The notes: generated from the sequence alone by a model not told the origin. A stretch of DNA of 64,000 bases from Macrostomum lignano (GCA_002269645.1 NIVC01000913.1:118276-182275); one strand, 5' to 3'. Positions 1 to 14,409 are shown, numbered from the stretch's first letter. Numbers and translations: made by a program.

Positions 1-984
1 TTCATGACACCCAAGAAGGCCATGGCGTTGGCTTCAGGCCTCAAATCAAGACTCTTTCACAGTTCCACATGTTGCGCAAAAGCCAGCGAAGCAAACCTTC
101 GTGGGTGGTGGCTGCTCGGCAAGTGTTACTATATCCTGGAAGAAGAAGGAGGAGACCACCCCCCTTTCTGGATGGGCACTAAGAGTTGCTACAGGCGGGC
201 CTCTAATTTTTATCGTCTCCTCTCTTTAGCCGCCATCAATAGTAATTTCCCAATATTTTATTGATTCCGTGTGCTAACTAACAGCCTCAGCCTAGGGTTG
301 CTTTTGCGTTTGCTTGGGCTATGCCAGGATGCAGGGCAGCCGGTTCAGCTAGACTGGATATTAGCGCTGACTCACCTTGGATCATAGATTCTCCATCCAT
401 CCCCCACAGATCCCTACACTATATGCTATATAGCCGTTGGGAAAATACCAACGCGCCAAAAAAAAATTTTTTTTCAAGCGATTCACCTCTCCCTACCCCC
501 TCAGCGGCCCGGGCGATCTACCATGGCGTAACCGGCATCATCATCGAAGGCCCGCCCCCAGCCTCCGTAGCAGCCTCTACGCGTCTGTCTCGCTACCACT
601 CGCTGGGGGGGGGGGGCTACAGCTGGGGTTCGCAGGCAGCGGGCAAGGATTATATGCGTTTTTTCTCCGGCCTCCTCCCCAGCAGCTTCATCCCTCTTCG
701 CCTCCACCTGCACCATTTTACAGCTTCAGAAGTCAGCCACGGCTCCAGACAGTCAGTCTGTTATCTGCGAGCCCGCCGCTGGCCCGACCTCCCCCCCAAG
801 AGTTCCCCCTGAGGCGGCATCTGACCAGCCTCGCTACGCAAAGTCGACGTCGTTAGGGTTTTACAATAAGCCATGCTAATCCCGCAGGGCCTTTGCCTGG
901 GCCTTTCTAAGTCAGAATGAAACTCTTGAATTAGTGCCAGACTGAGGGGCCAGGGCTACCCTCACGGGCTGCCGCAGACTCCTC

Positions 985-3124
985 TAACTCCACTCACTCT
1001 CCTCTCACTCTCCCCTCACTCTCCCCTCACTCTACCCTCACTCTCCCCTCACTCTCCCTCACTCTACCCTCACTCTACCTCACTCTCCCCTTACTCTACC
1101 CTCACTCTACCCTCACTCTCCCCTCACTCTCCCCTCACTCTCCCCTCACTCTCCCCTCACTCTACCCTCACTCTCCCTCACTCTACTCTCACTCTACCCT
1201 CACTCTACCCTCACTCTCCCCTCACTCTCCCCTCACTCTCCCCTCACTCTCCCCTCACTCTCCCTCACTCTCCCCTCACTCTCCCCTCACTCTCCCTCAC
1301 TCTCCCCTCACTCTCCCCTTACTCTCCCCTCACTCTCCCCTCACTCTCCCCTCACTCTCCCCTCACTCTCCCCTCACTCTCCCTCACTCTCCCCTCACTC
1401 TCCCTTACTCTCCCTTACTCTCCCCTCACTCTCCCCTTACTCTACCATCACTCTACCCTCACTCTCCCCTCACTCTCCCCTCACTCTCCCCTCACTCTCC
1501 CCTCACTCTCCCCTCACTCTCCCTCACTCTCCCCTCACTCTCCCCTCACTCTCCCTCACTCTCCCCTCACTCTCCCCTCACTCTCCCCTCACTCTCCCCT
1601 CACTCTCCCCTCACTCTCCCCTCACTCTCCCTCACTCTCCCCTCACTCTCCCCTCACTCTCCCCTTACTCTCCCCTTACTCTCCCCTCACTCTCCCCTTA
1701 CTCTACCATCACTCTACCCTCACTCTCCCCTTACTCTACCCTCACTCTACCCTCACTCTACCCTCACTCTCCCCTCACTCTCCCCTCACTCTCCCCTCAC
1801 TCTCCCCTCACTCTCCCCTCACTCTCCCCTCACTCTCCCCTCACTCTCCCCTCACTCTCCCCTCACTCTCCCCTCACTCTCCCCTCACTCTCCCCTCACT
1901 CTCCCCTCACTCTCCCCTCACTCTCCCCTCACTCTCCCCTTACTCTCCCCTTACTCTCCCCTCACTCTCCCCTTACTCTACCATCACTCTACCCTCACTC
2001 TCCCCTTACTCTACCCTCACTCTACCCTCACTCTACCCTCACTCTCCCCTCACTCTCCCCTCACTCTACTCTCACTCTCCTCTCACTCTCCTCTCACTCT
2101 CCCCTCACTCTCCCCTCACTCTCCCCTCACTCTCCCCTCACTCTCCCCTCACTCTCCCCTTACTCTACCATCACTCTCCCCTTACTCTCCCCTCACTCTC
2201 CCCTTACTCTACCATCACTCTACCCTCACTCTCCCCTTACTCTACCCTCACTCTACCCTCACTCTACCTCACTTTCCCCTTACTCTACCCTCACTCTCCC
2301 CTTACTCTACCCTTACTCTACCCTCACTCTACCCTCACTCTCCCCTTACTCTACCCTCACTCTACCCTCACTCTACCCTTACTCTACCCTTACTCTCCCG
2401 TCACTCTACCCTCACTCTCCCCTCACTCTCCCCTCACTCTACCCTCACTCTACCCTCACTCTCCCCTCACTCTACCCTCACTCTACCCTCACTCTACCCT
2501 TACTCTCCCGTCACTCTACCCTCACTCTCCCCTCACTCTCCCCTCACTCTACCCTCACTCTCCCCTCACTCACCCCTCACTCTCCCCTCACTCTACAGGG
2601 GGGCCGTAGCCCAGCGGTAGCGCAGCTGCTCTGGTGTGCCAGCGACCCAGGCTCGATTCCAAGTGCAGTCACATTAATTTGGGGCTGAATTGGAATCTCG
2701 GCTTGGCTCTGCTCGTGCAATTAACGGCCTTGAGAGCCAACCCCCCAAGGCGCAGTGAAGTTTACATGCCTAACGATAAAATAAAGTTAGGGCTGCTGTA
2801 CACTCCTGTGTGAGTGTGTGCCTGCGTACGTATTTGCGCGCTTGTGTGCCTGCTCAGGGGAGTCGGCGGAATGGGCAGTAATGCCTCTCGCCGGTTGTGT
2901 GCCTATGTCGCTTAAAGTGCGCCAGGGTGCACACAACCCCCCTGCCTCTAATAAAAAAAAAATCCTCACTCTACCCTCACTCTACCCTCACTCTACCCTC
3001 ACTCTACCCTCACTCTACCCTCACTCTACCCTCACTCTACCCTCACTCTACCCTCACTCTACCCTCACTCTACCCTCACTCTACCCTCACTCTACCCTCA
3101 CTCTACCCTCACTCTACCCTCACT
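985..3124. repeat. 11-bp tandem array (CTCACTCTCCC/CTCACTCTACC), interrupted by a SINE at 2598-2962
   Basis: Direct reading; 11-aa periodicity in overlapping ORFs. Confidence 0.95.
2598..2962 (+). mobile_element. tRNA-derived SINE, full length
   Basis: GGGGGCCG start, A box TAGCCCAGCGG (2607-2617), B box GGCTCGATTCC (2650-2660), AATAAA/poly-A tail (2950-2962). A second copy lies at 50345-50642. Inserted inside an 11-bp tandem array. Confidence 0.85.
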
Positions 3125-4231
3125 AGCTCTCCCTTACTCGCCCTCATTCCTTCTTCAAACTCTCTTCAATATCCACAAATGATAAATTTTATAGTCCTAA
3201 GAAATTTATAGACGCAAAAATAGCTCACCTTGAGAATGACGAAGTCCATTTTGCTGCAGCAAATCAAATACTTATTTCAATATCCAATTATTTATTTTCA
3301 AGATTTGCTATGCGTACGAATGTTTATTCCGTAGTGAAATATTTCATTGTCAAAAATTCACTTAATGTCGATTAAAAGCACTTCAACAGGCGCAATTTCG
3401 CTGCGGTTCTTTCAATGTGGCAGCCAATGCCTGACGCGCTTCACTGGGCCGGTTTTAAATGCAGACTGCTAACCCACAAAACTGGCCGTCCAATAGCGGG
3501 CAGCCTATTAAACCATAGCCAATATGCATACGCTGAGCGTCTACTGTCAGTAGCCAATTAGCGAATATTAAATGCGCAATTTTAAAATTCTTTAATTTAT
3601 AACGGGAAATTGGCTTTGAAAATTTCAGAATAAATTGTGCGTGGCGGAGAATAATTGCCGAATATGCTCCGCCCCCCGCGGCCCCCCCGCTGAGACCACT
3701 TGCGTGAGCGGTATTGACATTTCCATTGATAGAGATTGAGCTCAGCTGGGTCTCTGGGCGAGATAATGGACTGCGGCAAAGTCTGGCGCCCATTATAGCC
3801 AGGCAACTGTCTTATCTGACAAATCAAGACTTTCAGGCATTTATCAGCCAGTTCCAATCTACGCCAGTGTCCCGCCTTGCTGAGCTGCTGACAGGGCAGC
3901 AATGCAAAAGCAGCCTTGCAGCGCCAAGCCTCAATTCCAATCTCTGCATTATTTGTCATTTAAATAGTCATTTCTTGGGACTTGGCTTTGCTTCGGCTGT
4001 CAGCGATCATAAATATATTTTTTAATTGAAGTTTCTCAGCCCCGCAGTTTTTCTGTCCACAAATCCGGTGTGCAATGAATTCAATGGCCAGGGTTTATGG
4101 GATTGTCACCAGCTCTGGGCCCGCCTGCTTCCGCCTGCTTCAGTTCCCGTCTTAGTCCACAGGTTCAGCTGGGCCTGAATTTGCTGCCTCTCTGCACACT
4201 CCGCTGCAATGGGGGACTGCTTCCCGTCCGA

Positions 4232-5345
4232 CTCTCTTTTCTCTCCCCTTTGACTCTCCCCTTTGACTCTCCCCTTTGACTCTCCCCCTCTGACTCTCCC
4301 CTTTGACTCTCCCCTTTGACTCTCCCCCTCTGACTCTCCACTTTGACTCTCCCCTTTGACTCTCCCCTTTGACTCTCCCCCTTTGACTCTCCCCCTCTGA
4401 CTCTCCCCCCTCTGACTCTCCCCTCTGACTCTCCCCTTTGACTCTCCCCCTCTGACTCTCCCTTCTGACTCCCCTCCGACTCTCCCCTTTGACTCTCCCC
4501 TTTGACTCTCCCCTTTGACTCTCCCCTTTGATTCTCCCCTTTGACTCTCCCCTTTGACTCTCCCCTTTGACTCTCCCCTTTGACTCTCCCCTCTGACTCT
4601 CCCCTTTGACTCTCCCCTTTGACTCTTCCCTTTGACTCTCCCCTTTGACTCTCCCCTCTGACTCTCCCCCTCTGACTCTCCCCCTCTGACTGTCCCCGCT
4701 CTGATTCTCCCCTTTGACTCTCCCCCTCTGACTCTCCCCCCTCTGACTCTCCCCCTCTGACTCTCCCCTCTGACTTTCCCCTCTGACTCTCTCTGACTCT
4801 CCTCCTCTAACTTTACCCTCTGACTCTCCCCGCTCTGACTCTCCCCCCTGACTCTCACCCCTGACTCACACCCCTGACTCTCATCCCTGACTCTCCCTTT
4901 GACTCTCCCCTTTTATTCTCCCCTCTGACTCCCCACTATGACTCTCTCCTCTGACTCTCCCCTCTGACTTTACCCTCTGCTGACTCTCCACTTTAACTCT
5001 CCCTTCTGACTCTCCCCGCTCTGACTCTCCACTCTGACTCCCAGCTCTGACTCACTCCGCTCTGACTCTCCCCTCTGACTCTCCCTTCTGACTCCCCTCT
5101 GACTCTCCCCTCTGACTCTCCCCTCTGACTCTCCCCCCTCTAACTTTACCCTCTGACTCTCCCCCATCTAACTTTACCCTCTGACTCTCCCCCATCTAAC
5201 TTTACCCTCTGACTCTCCCCGCTCTGACTCTCACCCTTGACTCTCTCCTCTGACTCTCCCCTCTGCTGACTCTCCACTTTAACTTCCCCTTCTGACTCTC
5301 CCCGCTCTGACTCTCCCCGCTCTGACTCTCCACTCTGACTTCCCT
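4232..5345. repeat. 12-14-bp tandem array (TGACTCTCCCCTT)
   Basis: Direct reading. Confidence 0.95.
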
Positions 5346-5889
5346 TATAACTCTCTCCTTACCTACCCCCCTACCTGCTCAGGTTCATACTTAACAGAAA
5401 ATATCTGGAACGAGTGTATATAGCATTGTTATGAACTATTTACAGCTCTACTGAAGAAAAAAACAAATTAGAATACTGGCATTGGACTCCGGTCTGATTT
5501 TCCTCTCTGACTCTCTGACTCTGACTCAAGTTATTGATCATAATTGCTGCTGTTTGGTACAATAAAAGCCTTGCTATATGAACCATCAGTTTATAGGTAC
5601 CGGTATGTTAGATTTCGAAACAAGTTCGACCAAAGTTCGAATAAAAAAACCAGCTCATACGGTAGTTATGGACCACGCGCTATTCGAGTTTTATAACCCA
5701 AATCATGGCCCATATGCTCCCCCATATGCCCCTCCATAAACTGGTGAGGAAGGCTTGCTTCTTGGTTTTTGTGCGCCTAAACTGTGTTGGATGAACCTGA
5801 GTGAGCATCTCTGACTGCAACTTTGTTTCCGGCTAGGATTAGCTGAGTTGAATAAAATCTAGAATATGGGATAGCAATTATTAACAGAA

Positions 5890-6432
5890 GGGTGAAAGAG
5901 GAGGGTGAAAGGAGAGAAGGGAAAGAGTGAATGGAGAGAGTGAACGGAGAGAGTGAACGGAGAGAGTGAAGGGAGAGAGTGAAGGGAGACAGTGAAGGGA
6001 AAGAGTGAAGGGAGAGAGTGAAGCGAGAGAGTGAAGGGAGAGAGTGAAGCGAGAGAGTGAAGGGAAAGAGTGAAGGGAGAGAGTGAAGGGAGAGAGTGAA
6101 GCGAGAGAGTGTAGGGAGAGAGTGAAGCGAGAGAGTGAAGGGAGAGAGTGAAGCGAGAGAGTGAAGGGAGAGAATGAAGCGAGAGAGTGAAGGGAAAGAG
6201 TGAAGGGAGAGAGTGAAGGGAGAGAGTGAAGCGAGAGAGTGAAGGGAGAGAGTGAAGCGAGAGAGTGAAGGGAGAGAGTGAAGGGAGAGAGTGAAGCGAG
6301 AGAGTGAAGGGAAAGAGTGAAGGGAGAGAGTGAAGCGAGAGAGTGAAGGGAGAGTGTGAAGGGAGAGAGTGAAGGGAGAGAGTGAAGGGTGAGAGTGAAG
6401 GGTGAGAGTGAAGGGTGAGAGTAAAGGGTGAG
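5890..6432. repeat. 13-bp tandem array (GAGAGTGAAGGGA)
   Basis: Direct reading; 13-aa ORF periodicity. Confidence 0.95.
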
Positions 6433-6989
6433 AGCAGACTTATCTTTCGCTCCGTATGTGGGCGGCTAGGAAACTGGGGTACAAAGGACAGATAAAGCAC
6501 AGCGCCTCAACACTGCAAGGCCAGCAGCCAGCATTCCGATTGTGAAATGCGATTTAATTTCGCAGTTTTTTTCGGCACAGAAACCAGCAGCAGCATCTGG
6601 CGGCCGTGTGCGCACTGGGAGGTGTCGGGGGGTCGGGGGGGGAGGAGCTGGGTTGTCCAAACACGTCAGGGGGGGTTCTGACTGTGCTCGGCGCTTGTCC
6701 TCAGTAATTCTGTCTCGATTTGGAGGGCCGTTTCTTTGGCGGCAGGATCAAAGAGAATTAGGGGGGGTGGGTAGGGAGAGATCGTGGCAGACCCGCAGCG
6801 TCTGGCGCATAAGAATTCTGGGTTTTGCTGTTTTCGGACGAAATTGATGGCATCTTGGAGAGGAGGCAGCAGTGCGGGCCATTGCTTCAGATCTCCAATT
6901 GGCTTTTCTTTTGCAGAGAGTCGAATTTACTCCAATAATGCAGAATTCGAAGGAAATTTACAACTTTGAAATGCCTGAGACAAAGTTGA

Positions 6990-7254
6990 GATGCGAGTGA
7001 GAGTGAAGGCTGAGAGTGAAGGCTGAGAATGAAGGCTGAGAGTGAAGGCTGAGAGTGAAGGCTGAGAGTGAAGGCTGAGAATGAAGGCTGAGAGTGAAGG
7101 CTGAGAGTGAAGGCTGAGAGTGAAGGCTGAGAGTGAAGGCTGAGAGTGAAGGCTGAGAGTGAAGGCTGAGAGTGAAGGCTGAGAGTGAAGGCTGAGAGTG
7201 AAGGCTGAGAGTGAAGGCTGAGAGTGAAGGCTGAGAGTGAAGGCTGAGAGTGAG
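6990..7254. repeat. 13-bp tandem array (GAGAGTGAAGGCT)
   Basis: Direct reading. Confidence 0.95.
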
Positions 7255-7919
7255 TGCCGCTACATTTTCTATAAACAGAGTTAGCATTCCCCAGTCTTCA
7301 GCTGAACATTAGGATGTGTTTACTCCATTTCCAAGGATCTGTCCCAATTCCATTCTTCGCAAGGAATAATTATTTTTGCCGTAGAATACAGAGCGCACTG
7401 GCAATGTAGCAAGAGTTTCAAACAAGCAAGACAAAGACCATTTCTTTCAGTTACCAGATGGAAAAACAAAGACTTCCAAGCCTGCCTCGCCCTGCACAAT
7501 GGGGCCATATACTGGTTGTTATTGCCCGATGTTATTGCTGCTAACTGCCCACACGCGGTGACCTCGTTTGAGGAGACAGGATGAGACACCAAAAGCGGCC
7601 CCTCGTGAACTGTCACAACACAGCTACAGTCTGCACCGCCTTGTTGGGCCTCCCCACTCCTATTCGGGCAATTAAAATTGGAAGTTGCATAATAAAAATA
7701 TATTTATTTCTGATCGTAAAAAAGCCGAGCCGAAGAAAAACCTGCCGTCTCAACCCCCCTGCCGGATTCAGATTGCGACCTAATCGCCTTCCGTCACGGT
7801 GGCGGCTAAGAACAAAGACTAAAATAATGAGGCACCCTGACTTCGGGTAGCGCCAAGTCCTTATTGTCCATTGTAAAGCATTTTGTGCCGCTCTGAGCAG
7901 CGCGACTCTCTTGCACCTC

Positions 7920-8590
<671 letters not shown>

Positions 8591-9099
8591 GTTTCTCTCT
8601 TTGCCTGTGTTTCTTCTCTCCATTTTCATTCCATTCTTCTCTCCTCACATTTTTTCTCTTTTTCCCCATCCGACGATGAGCCGATGGCGGCAGTAAACAG
8701 ACAGCCGCCCCGGACAAAGCAATGGCGACCTCTGCGACTCCAACAGGCAAACAAACAAACAATGGCTCGGGTTGGCAACCCCCCAACTCTCCGTGAATTT
8801 CATAGCCGGCGGTTCCGACGTGATCCGAGGAATGGCGCTTCCCAGCATCCGCGAGGGTCGAAATGCTGGGGTTAATGATTAAACTAACGCATTCAAATCT
8901 GCGTCTTTTGTGTGCCAAAGCAACCGGCCTGACCCAACGGCTGTTGCGGCAACAAAGAGGGGAATTTGGGTGGAGTAAATAGCGGCAGTGTTGCTTCTTT
9001 AATCAAATTTTCCTGACCTTGGCTGTTTGGCCAACTGGACGGAATCGCCCTGGTAACTATCATCCGTCAGTGTGAGTCAGCTGGCACAATGGGAAAGAC

Positions 9100-9365
9100 A
9101 GGCTGAGAGTGAAGGGTGAGAGTGGAGACTGTGCAGGCTGAGAGTGAAGGCTGTGAAGCCTGAGATTGGAGGCTGTGAAGCCTGAGAATGAAGGCTGTGA
9201 AGCCTGAGAGTAAAAACTATGAAAGCTGAGAGTGGAGACTGTGAAGGCTGAGAGTGGAGGCTGTGAAGGCTGAGAGTGGAGGCTGTGAAGGCTGAGAGTG
9301 GAGGCTGTGAAGGCTGAGAGTGGAGACTGTGAAGGCTGAGAGTGGGAGACTGTGAAGGCTGAGAG
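9100..9365. repeat. 22-bp tandem array (GGCTGAGAGTGGAGGCTGTGAA)
   Basis: Direct reading. Confidence 0.9.
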
Positions 9366-9599
9366 AAACTTCATGGCCCCATCAAAAGCCCGAACTCACG
9401 CATAAAAGTCCATCTCCGGGCATCAGTCCGGCCAAGTAAGCTGGCGAGTCCCTGGTAACCGTGGCAACGAGTACAGTAGTTGACGCTCCGGCCTTTGAAA
9501 AAAATGAGGTTTACTAATTTTACACTTTTTCAAGTACATTTTTATTTACTTCAAGGAAAACCCCTTTCCAAAACATAATCTCACCCTCTCCTCGCCCTT

Positions 9600-10115
9600 C
9601 AACTCTCCCTTGCCTCTCCCTCATTTCTCCCTCACCTCTCCCTCATCCCTCCCTATCTCCCTCATCTCTCTCATCCCTCCCTTATCTCCCTTATCTCTCT
9701 CTCATCCCTCCCTTATCTCCCTCATCTCTCTCTCATCCCTCCCTTATCTCCCTCATCTCTCTCTCATCCCTCTCTTATCTCCCTTATCTCTCTCATCTCT
9801 CCCTTATCTCTCTCATCCCTCCCTTATGTTTCTCATCTCTCTCATCCCTCCCTTATCTCCCTTATCTCTCTCATCCCTCCCTTATCTCCCTTATCTCTCT
9901 CATCTCTCCCTTATCTCTCTCATCCCTCCCTTATCTCTCTCATCCCTCCCTTATCTCCCTCATCTCTCTCTCATCCCTCCCTTATCTCCCTCATCTCTCT
10001 CATCCCTCCCTTATCTCCCTTATCTCTCTCATCCCGCCCTTATCTCCGTCATCTCTCTCATCCCTCCCTTATCTCTCCCTCATCTCTCCCTTATCTTCCT
10101 TATCTCCCTCATATC
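9600..10115. repeat. CT-rich composite minisatellite
   Basis: Direct reading. Confidence 0.9.
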
Positions 10116-10611
10116 TTTCTGGTCTCTTCCAAAAATGGCTAGTGTGATTTCCTTTGCAGCAATTCAAAATTCTGTTAAATGTCCTCGCGGTCCGAGTCTC
10201 CAGCTGCGTTAATCTCCTATCGAAAATTCGAAGCATTTTCAAGCGGTCACGATTTCCAATCAGCTGGGACACGAACTCAAAACCCGATCCCCCAGGGGTC
10301 CGAAAACAACCAATATCTGCCCACAGGGTCAGGCTGGGGAGAAAAACCGAGGGAAGAACTGGGATTATCTTGTAGCAAGTCATAAAAAATTCTCAGTTTG
10401 CTGCTTTTTCGTAATTTACCGCGAAATTTATCGGAACATGTTTGAACAAACTTTTTATTGACTTGGAAAAACTTTAAAAAGAACACAAATTCCACAGTTT
10501 CCTTTAGATGCTAAATAGTTCTAGAGCAGAGAATTTCCCTCAATAAATAAATTGTTTCATTTTTGCGAGAAAACTAGCACCGCAAAATAACGAGATAAAA
10601 GTAAAAATTGC

Positions 10612-12180
10612 ATGCGCTAAAATCTATTCTCTGGCGCTAAAATCTATTCTGTGGTGGCACTAAAATCTAATCTGTGACGCTAAAATCTATTGTAATTTCT
10701 GGCGCTAATATCTAATCTGTGACGCTAAAATCTAATTTCTGGCGCTAAAATCTAATCTGTGACGCTAAAATCTAATTTCTGGCGCTAAAATCTAATCTGT
10801 GACGCTAAAATCTAATTTCTGCCGCTAAAATCTAATCTGTGACGCTAAAATATAATCTTTGGCGCTAAAATCTATTCTGTAGCGCTAAATCTAATCTGTG
10901 ACGCTAAAATCTAATCTCTGCGCTAAGATCTAATCTCTGGCGCTAAAAATCTCTGGCGCTAAAATCTAGTCTGTGGCGCTAAAATCTAATCTCTGGCGCT
11001 AAAATGTAATCTGTGACGCAAAAATGTAATCTGTGACGCCAAAATCTAATCTCTGGCGCTAAAAATCTCTGGCGCTAAAATCTAGTCTGTGGTGCTAAAA
11101 TCTAATCTGTGACGCTAAAATCTAGTCTGTGGCGCTAAAATCTAATCTATAACGCTAAAATCTAATCTGTGACGCTAAAATCTAGTCTGTGGCGCTAAAA
11201 TCTAATCTATAACGCTAAAATCTAATCTGTGACACTAAAGTCTAGTCTTTGGCGCTCGAATCTGATCTCTGGCGCTTAAATCTAATTGTGACCCTAAAAT
11301 CTAATCTTTGACGCTAAAATCTAATCTGTGACGCTAAAATCTAATTTCTGCCGCTAAAATCTAATCTGTGACGCTAAAATATAATCTTTGGCGCTAAAAT
11401 CTATTCTGTAGTGCTAAATCTAATCTGTGACGCTAAAATCTAATCTCTGCGCTAAGATCTAATCTCTGGCGCTAAAAATCTCTGGCGCTAAAATCTAGTC
11501 TGTGGCGCTAAAATCTAATCTCTGGCGCTAAAATGTAATCTGTGACGCAAAAATGTAATCTGTGACGCCAAAATCTAATCTCTGGCGCTAAAAATCTCTG
11601 GCGCTAAAATCTAGTCTGTGGTGCTAAAATCTAATCTGTGACGCTAAAATCTAGTCTGTGGCGCTAAAATCTAATCTATAACGCTAAAATCTAATCTGTG
11701 ACACTAAAGTCTAGTCTTTGACGCTCGAATCTGATCTCTGGCGCTTAAATCTAATTGTGACCCTAAAATCTAATCTCTGGCGCTGAAATCTAATTGTGAC
11801 CCTAAAATCTAATCTCTGGCGCTGAAATCTAATTGTGACCCTAAAATCTAATCTCTGGCGCTTAAATCTAATTGTGACCCTAAAATCTAATCTCTGGCGC
11901 TTAAATCTAATTGTGACCCTAAAATCTAATCTCTGGCGCTTAAATTTAATTGTGACCCTAAAATCTAATCTCTGGCGCTGAAATCTAATTGTGACCCTAA
12001 AATCTAATCTCTGGCGCTTAAATCTAATTGTGACCCTAAAATCTAATCTCTGGCGCTTAAATCTAATTGTGACCCTAAAATCTAATCTCTGGCGCTTAAA
12101 TCTAATTGTGACCCTAAAATCTAATCTCTGGCGCTGAAATCTAATTGTGACCCTAAAATCTAATCTGTGACGCCAAAATG
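10612..12180. repeat. ~20-bp tandem array (GCGCTAAAATCTAATCTCTG) with a 39-bp dimer form in its 3' part
   Basis: Direct reading; 13-aa ORF periodicity. Confidence 0.95.
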
Positions 12181-12283
12181 TAATCTGTGCTTCAATCTGC
12201 TTAGACGAGGAGCTGTCAATCCAGATGATCGTTCCAAAGCCTCCTTGGATCAGCCGAAGGGATCGAATCCTGATTTGAGTGTG

Positions 12284-12326
<43 letters not shown>

Positions 12327-12734
12327 GTGTGTTTGAGCTCGCGTGTCCAAGCACGAGAACGGAGCGCGGACGCAAAATGGCGCCAACGATTTCCGATGGC
12401 AGTTCCAGCTCGATATGTCGTGACGGAATGCAATTTTTTTGTTTTGCTCCGAAGTTCCGAAATTATTTTTGGGGGTTGTTGGAAACTACTAAATGAGGCT
12501 TTGCAGCAGCTCCACATATTTGCGTGAGTTCAAGCGATTGTCAGGATAAATTCGAACTTTTTTTGTAGTTTAAAGTTATTTTTTTCCTTTTCTATTGCAA
12601 CTAATTGCGGGACTTTTCAAACCACCCGCCTGGTTCTGCTTTTTCAAAAATATCTCATGGGTTGCTTCACCAGGGACAATTTTTAATAGAATGCCGCTTT
12701 CTTGTCTGGCTTTGTCCTCTCAGACTCCCCACAA

Positions 12735-13080
12735 TGGTTGTTCCGCGCTCTCTCCCTCCCTGGCTCCCTCTCCTTCTTTCTCCCTCTCTCCCTCACCCTC
12801 TCACTCTCCCTCTCACCCTCTCCCTCTCCTTCTCACCCTCTCTATCTGTCTCCTTCTCACCCTTTCACTCTCCCTCTCACTCTCCTCCTCACCCTCTCCC
12901 TCTCCTTCTGTCCCTCTCCCTCTCCCTCTCACGCTCTCCCTCCTTATCTTTTTCACCCTCTTCTCTCACCCTCTCCCTCTCCCTTTCACCCTCTCCCTCA
13001 ACCTCTCCCGCTCACCCTCTCTGCCTCCCTTTGTTTCCCTCTCCGTCTCTCTCCATCTCCTGCTCACCCACTCTCCCTTT
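12735..13080. repeat. CT-rich low-complexity tract
   Basis: Direct reading. Confidence 0.85.
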
Positions 13081-13604
13081 CTCCCAGCAGAGGCAAGTGG
13101 CAGCCTGCAGTTCAAGCATCTCAGCTGCCACTTGCCTCCGCTGCATTGTCGCCATCAGCATTCAAGTTGTGAGGAGAGTTTTCAGGCTACAACACGGCGG
13201 GAGCCGGTAGCCGCAGAGATGGGACAGAGAGTTGAAGAATCAGGCGGCCCAGAGCATGCTGCGAGAATGCTGAGCTGCAGATGATGGCTATGGCTGTTAG
13301 CTAAGCTGAATCCGCTTACACACACACGCGCGCACAGACCTTCATCACATGCCCTCCCTCCTTATAGTCCCCAAGTTGGCGATGACTCAGCCTAAACCCT
13401 CGCGGATCCCAAGGCAAACAGGTCTGGGAATAATCCATAGACTCCCTTTCTCCTCTCTCTCTCTCTCTCCATCTCCTTTAGCCACTTTTTTCTCCCACAG
13501 AACACTGGAGATGCCTGCATGCGCGCGTGCGAAATATCCTATTCAGGGATTTTAAATTGGACTGCAGCAGCAGCAGGGCTACGACGCCATGGGCAACTAA
13601 TGTT

Positions 13605-13780
13605 CCCCTTGTCCCCTCTACTGTCCCTCTTGTCCCCTCTACTACCCCCCTTGTCCCCTCTACTACCCCCCTTGTCCCCTCTACTGCCCCCTTGTCCTCT
13701 CTAATGCCCCCTTGTCCCCTCTACTGCCCCCTTGTCCTCTCTACTGTTCCCGCTGTCCCCTCTACTATCCCCTCTACTGT
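13605..13780. repeat. ~20-bp tandem array (CCCTTGTCCCCTCTACTGCC)
   Basis: Direct reading. Confidence 0.85.
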
Positions 13781-14409
13781 CCTGAACAAAGCCGCTGTCT
13801 CACCTGCAGCTGAGCGTTGGGATTCCCTGAGATCAGACTGAATCCCCAGGATGCGCCGGGACAGCCGCGTCTGAGAATCAGCGATTTCCAGGTGTAGCCG
13901 CCACCGCGGCCGCCTTCACCGCCGCTGGGACAGCAGGCATCGCGACGATTAATGATCTGAAAAAATGTTTAATTATGCCAATGAATGAATCATATCGCTT
14001 TGCAATCTTTAAAAACCGATAGCTCCTGCGTAGATTATGGAAGGACCATTTTTCTCAGCAGGTGGTTGATTAATTAACTCGAAACTGCTTCCCTCCCTCA
14101 CCGCCCGCCTGGGAGCCGAGTCCCCATATTTTTAATTGAAGACTGACACCTCAGCAATTGCCTCGAAGTTGGTCCGCTGGGCCTGCGGTCGGGCGATGGA
14201 GAAGCTCGCTACGAGCTAGATGCTCTTTCTAGGAAAGCCCAGTGGGTCCCCAGCGGGGGGCAACTATCCCGCGTTGTTATGGGAACCAAACTGCGACACG
14301 CAATGCAGACTTGACTGCCCGCATCTGCCGAAATCCTGACTAATAGTGTGTGTCAGATTCGCTCTGCAGGGAGTTCTGGTATTAATTATCTCTTTGTTTT
14401 GTAACATGC

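Noticed and set aside
376-413. Possible myotubularin-like exon (DGWRIYDP) on the minus strand
   Set aside because: The donor is good but the acceptor is weak, and no phase-compatible next exon or further family motif was found.
437-890. GC-rich segment as a terminal coding exon
   Set aside because: No recognisable domain, several frames are open, and a G-run makes the frame ambiguous.
2598-2672. Functional tRNA gene
   Set aside because: A and B boxes are present but the acceptor and T stems do not close properly, and the sequence continues into a SINE body with a poly-A tail.
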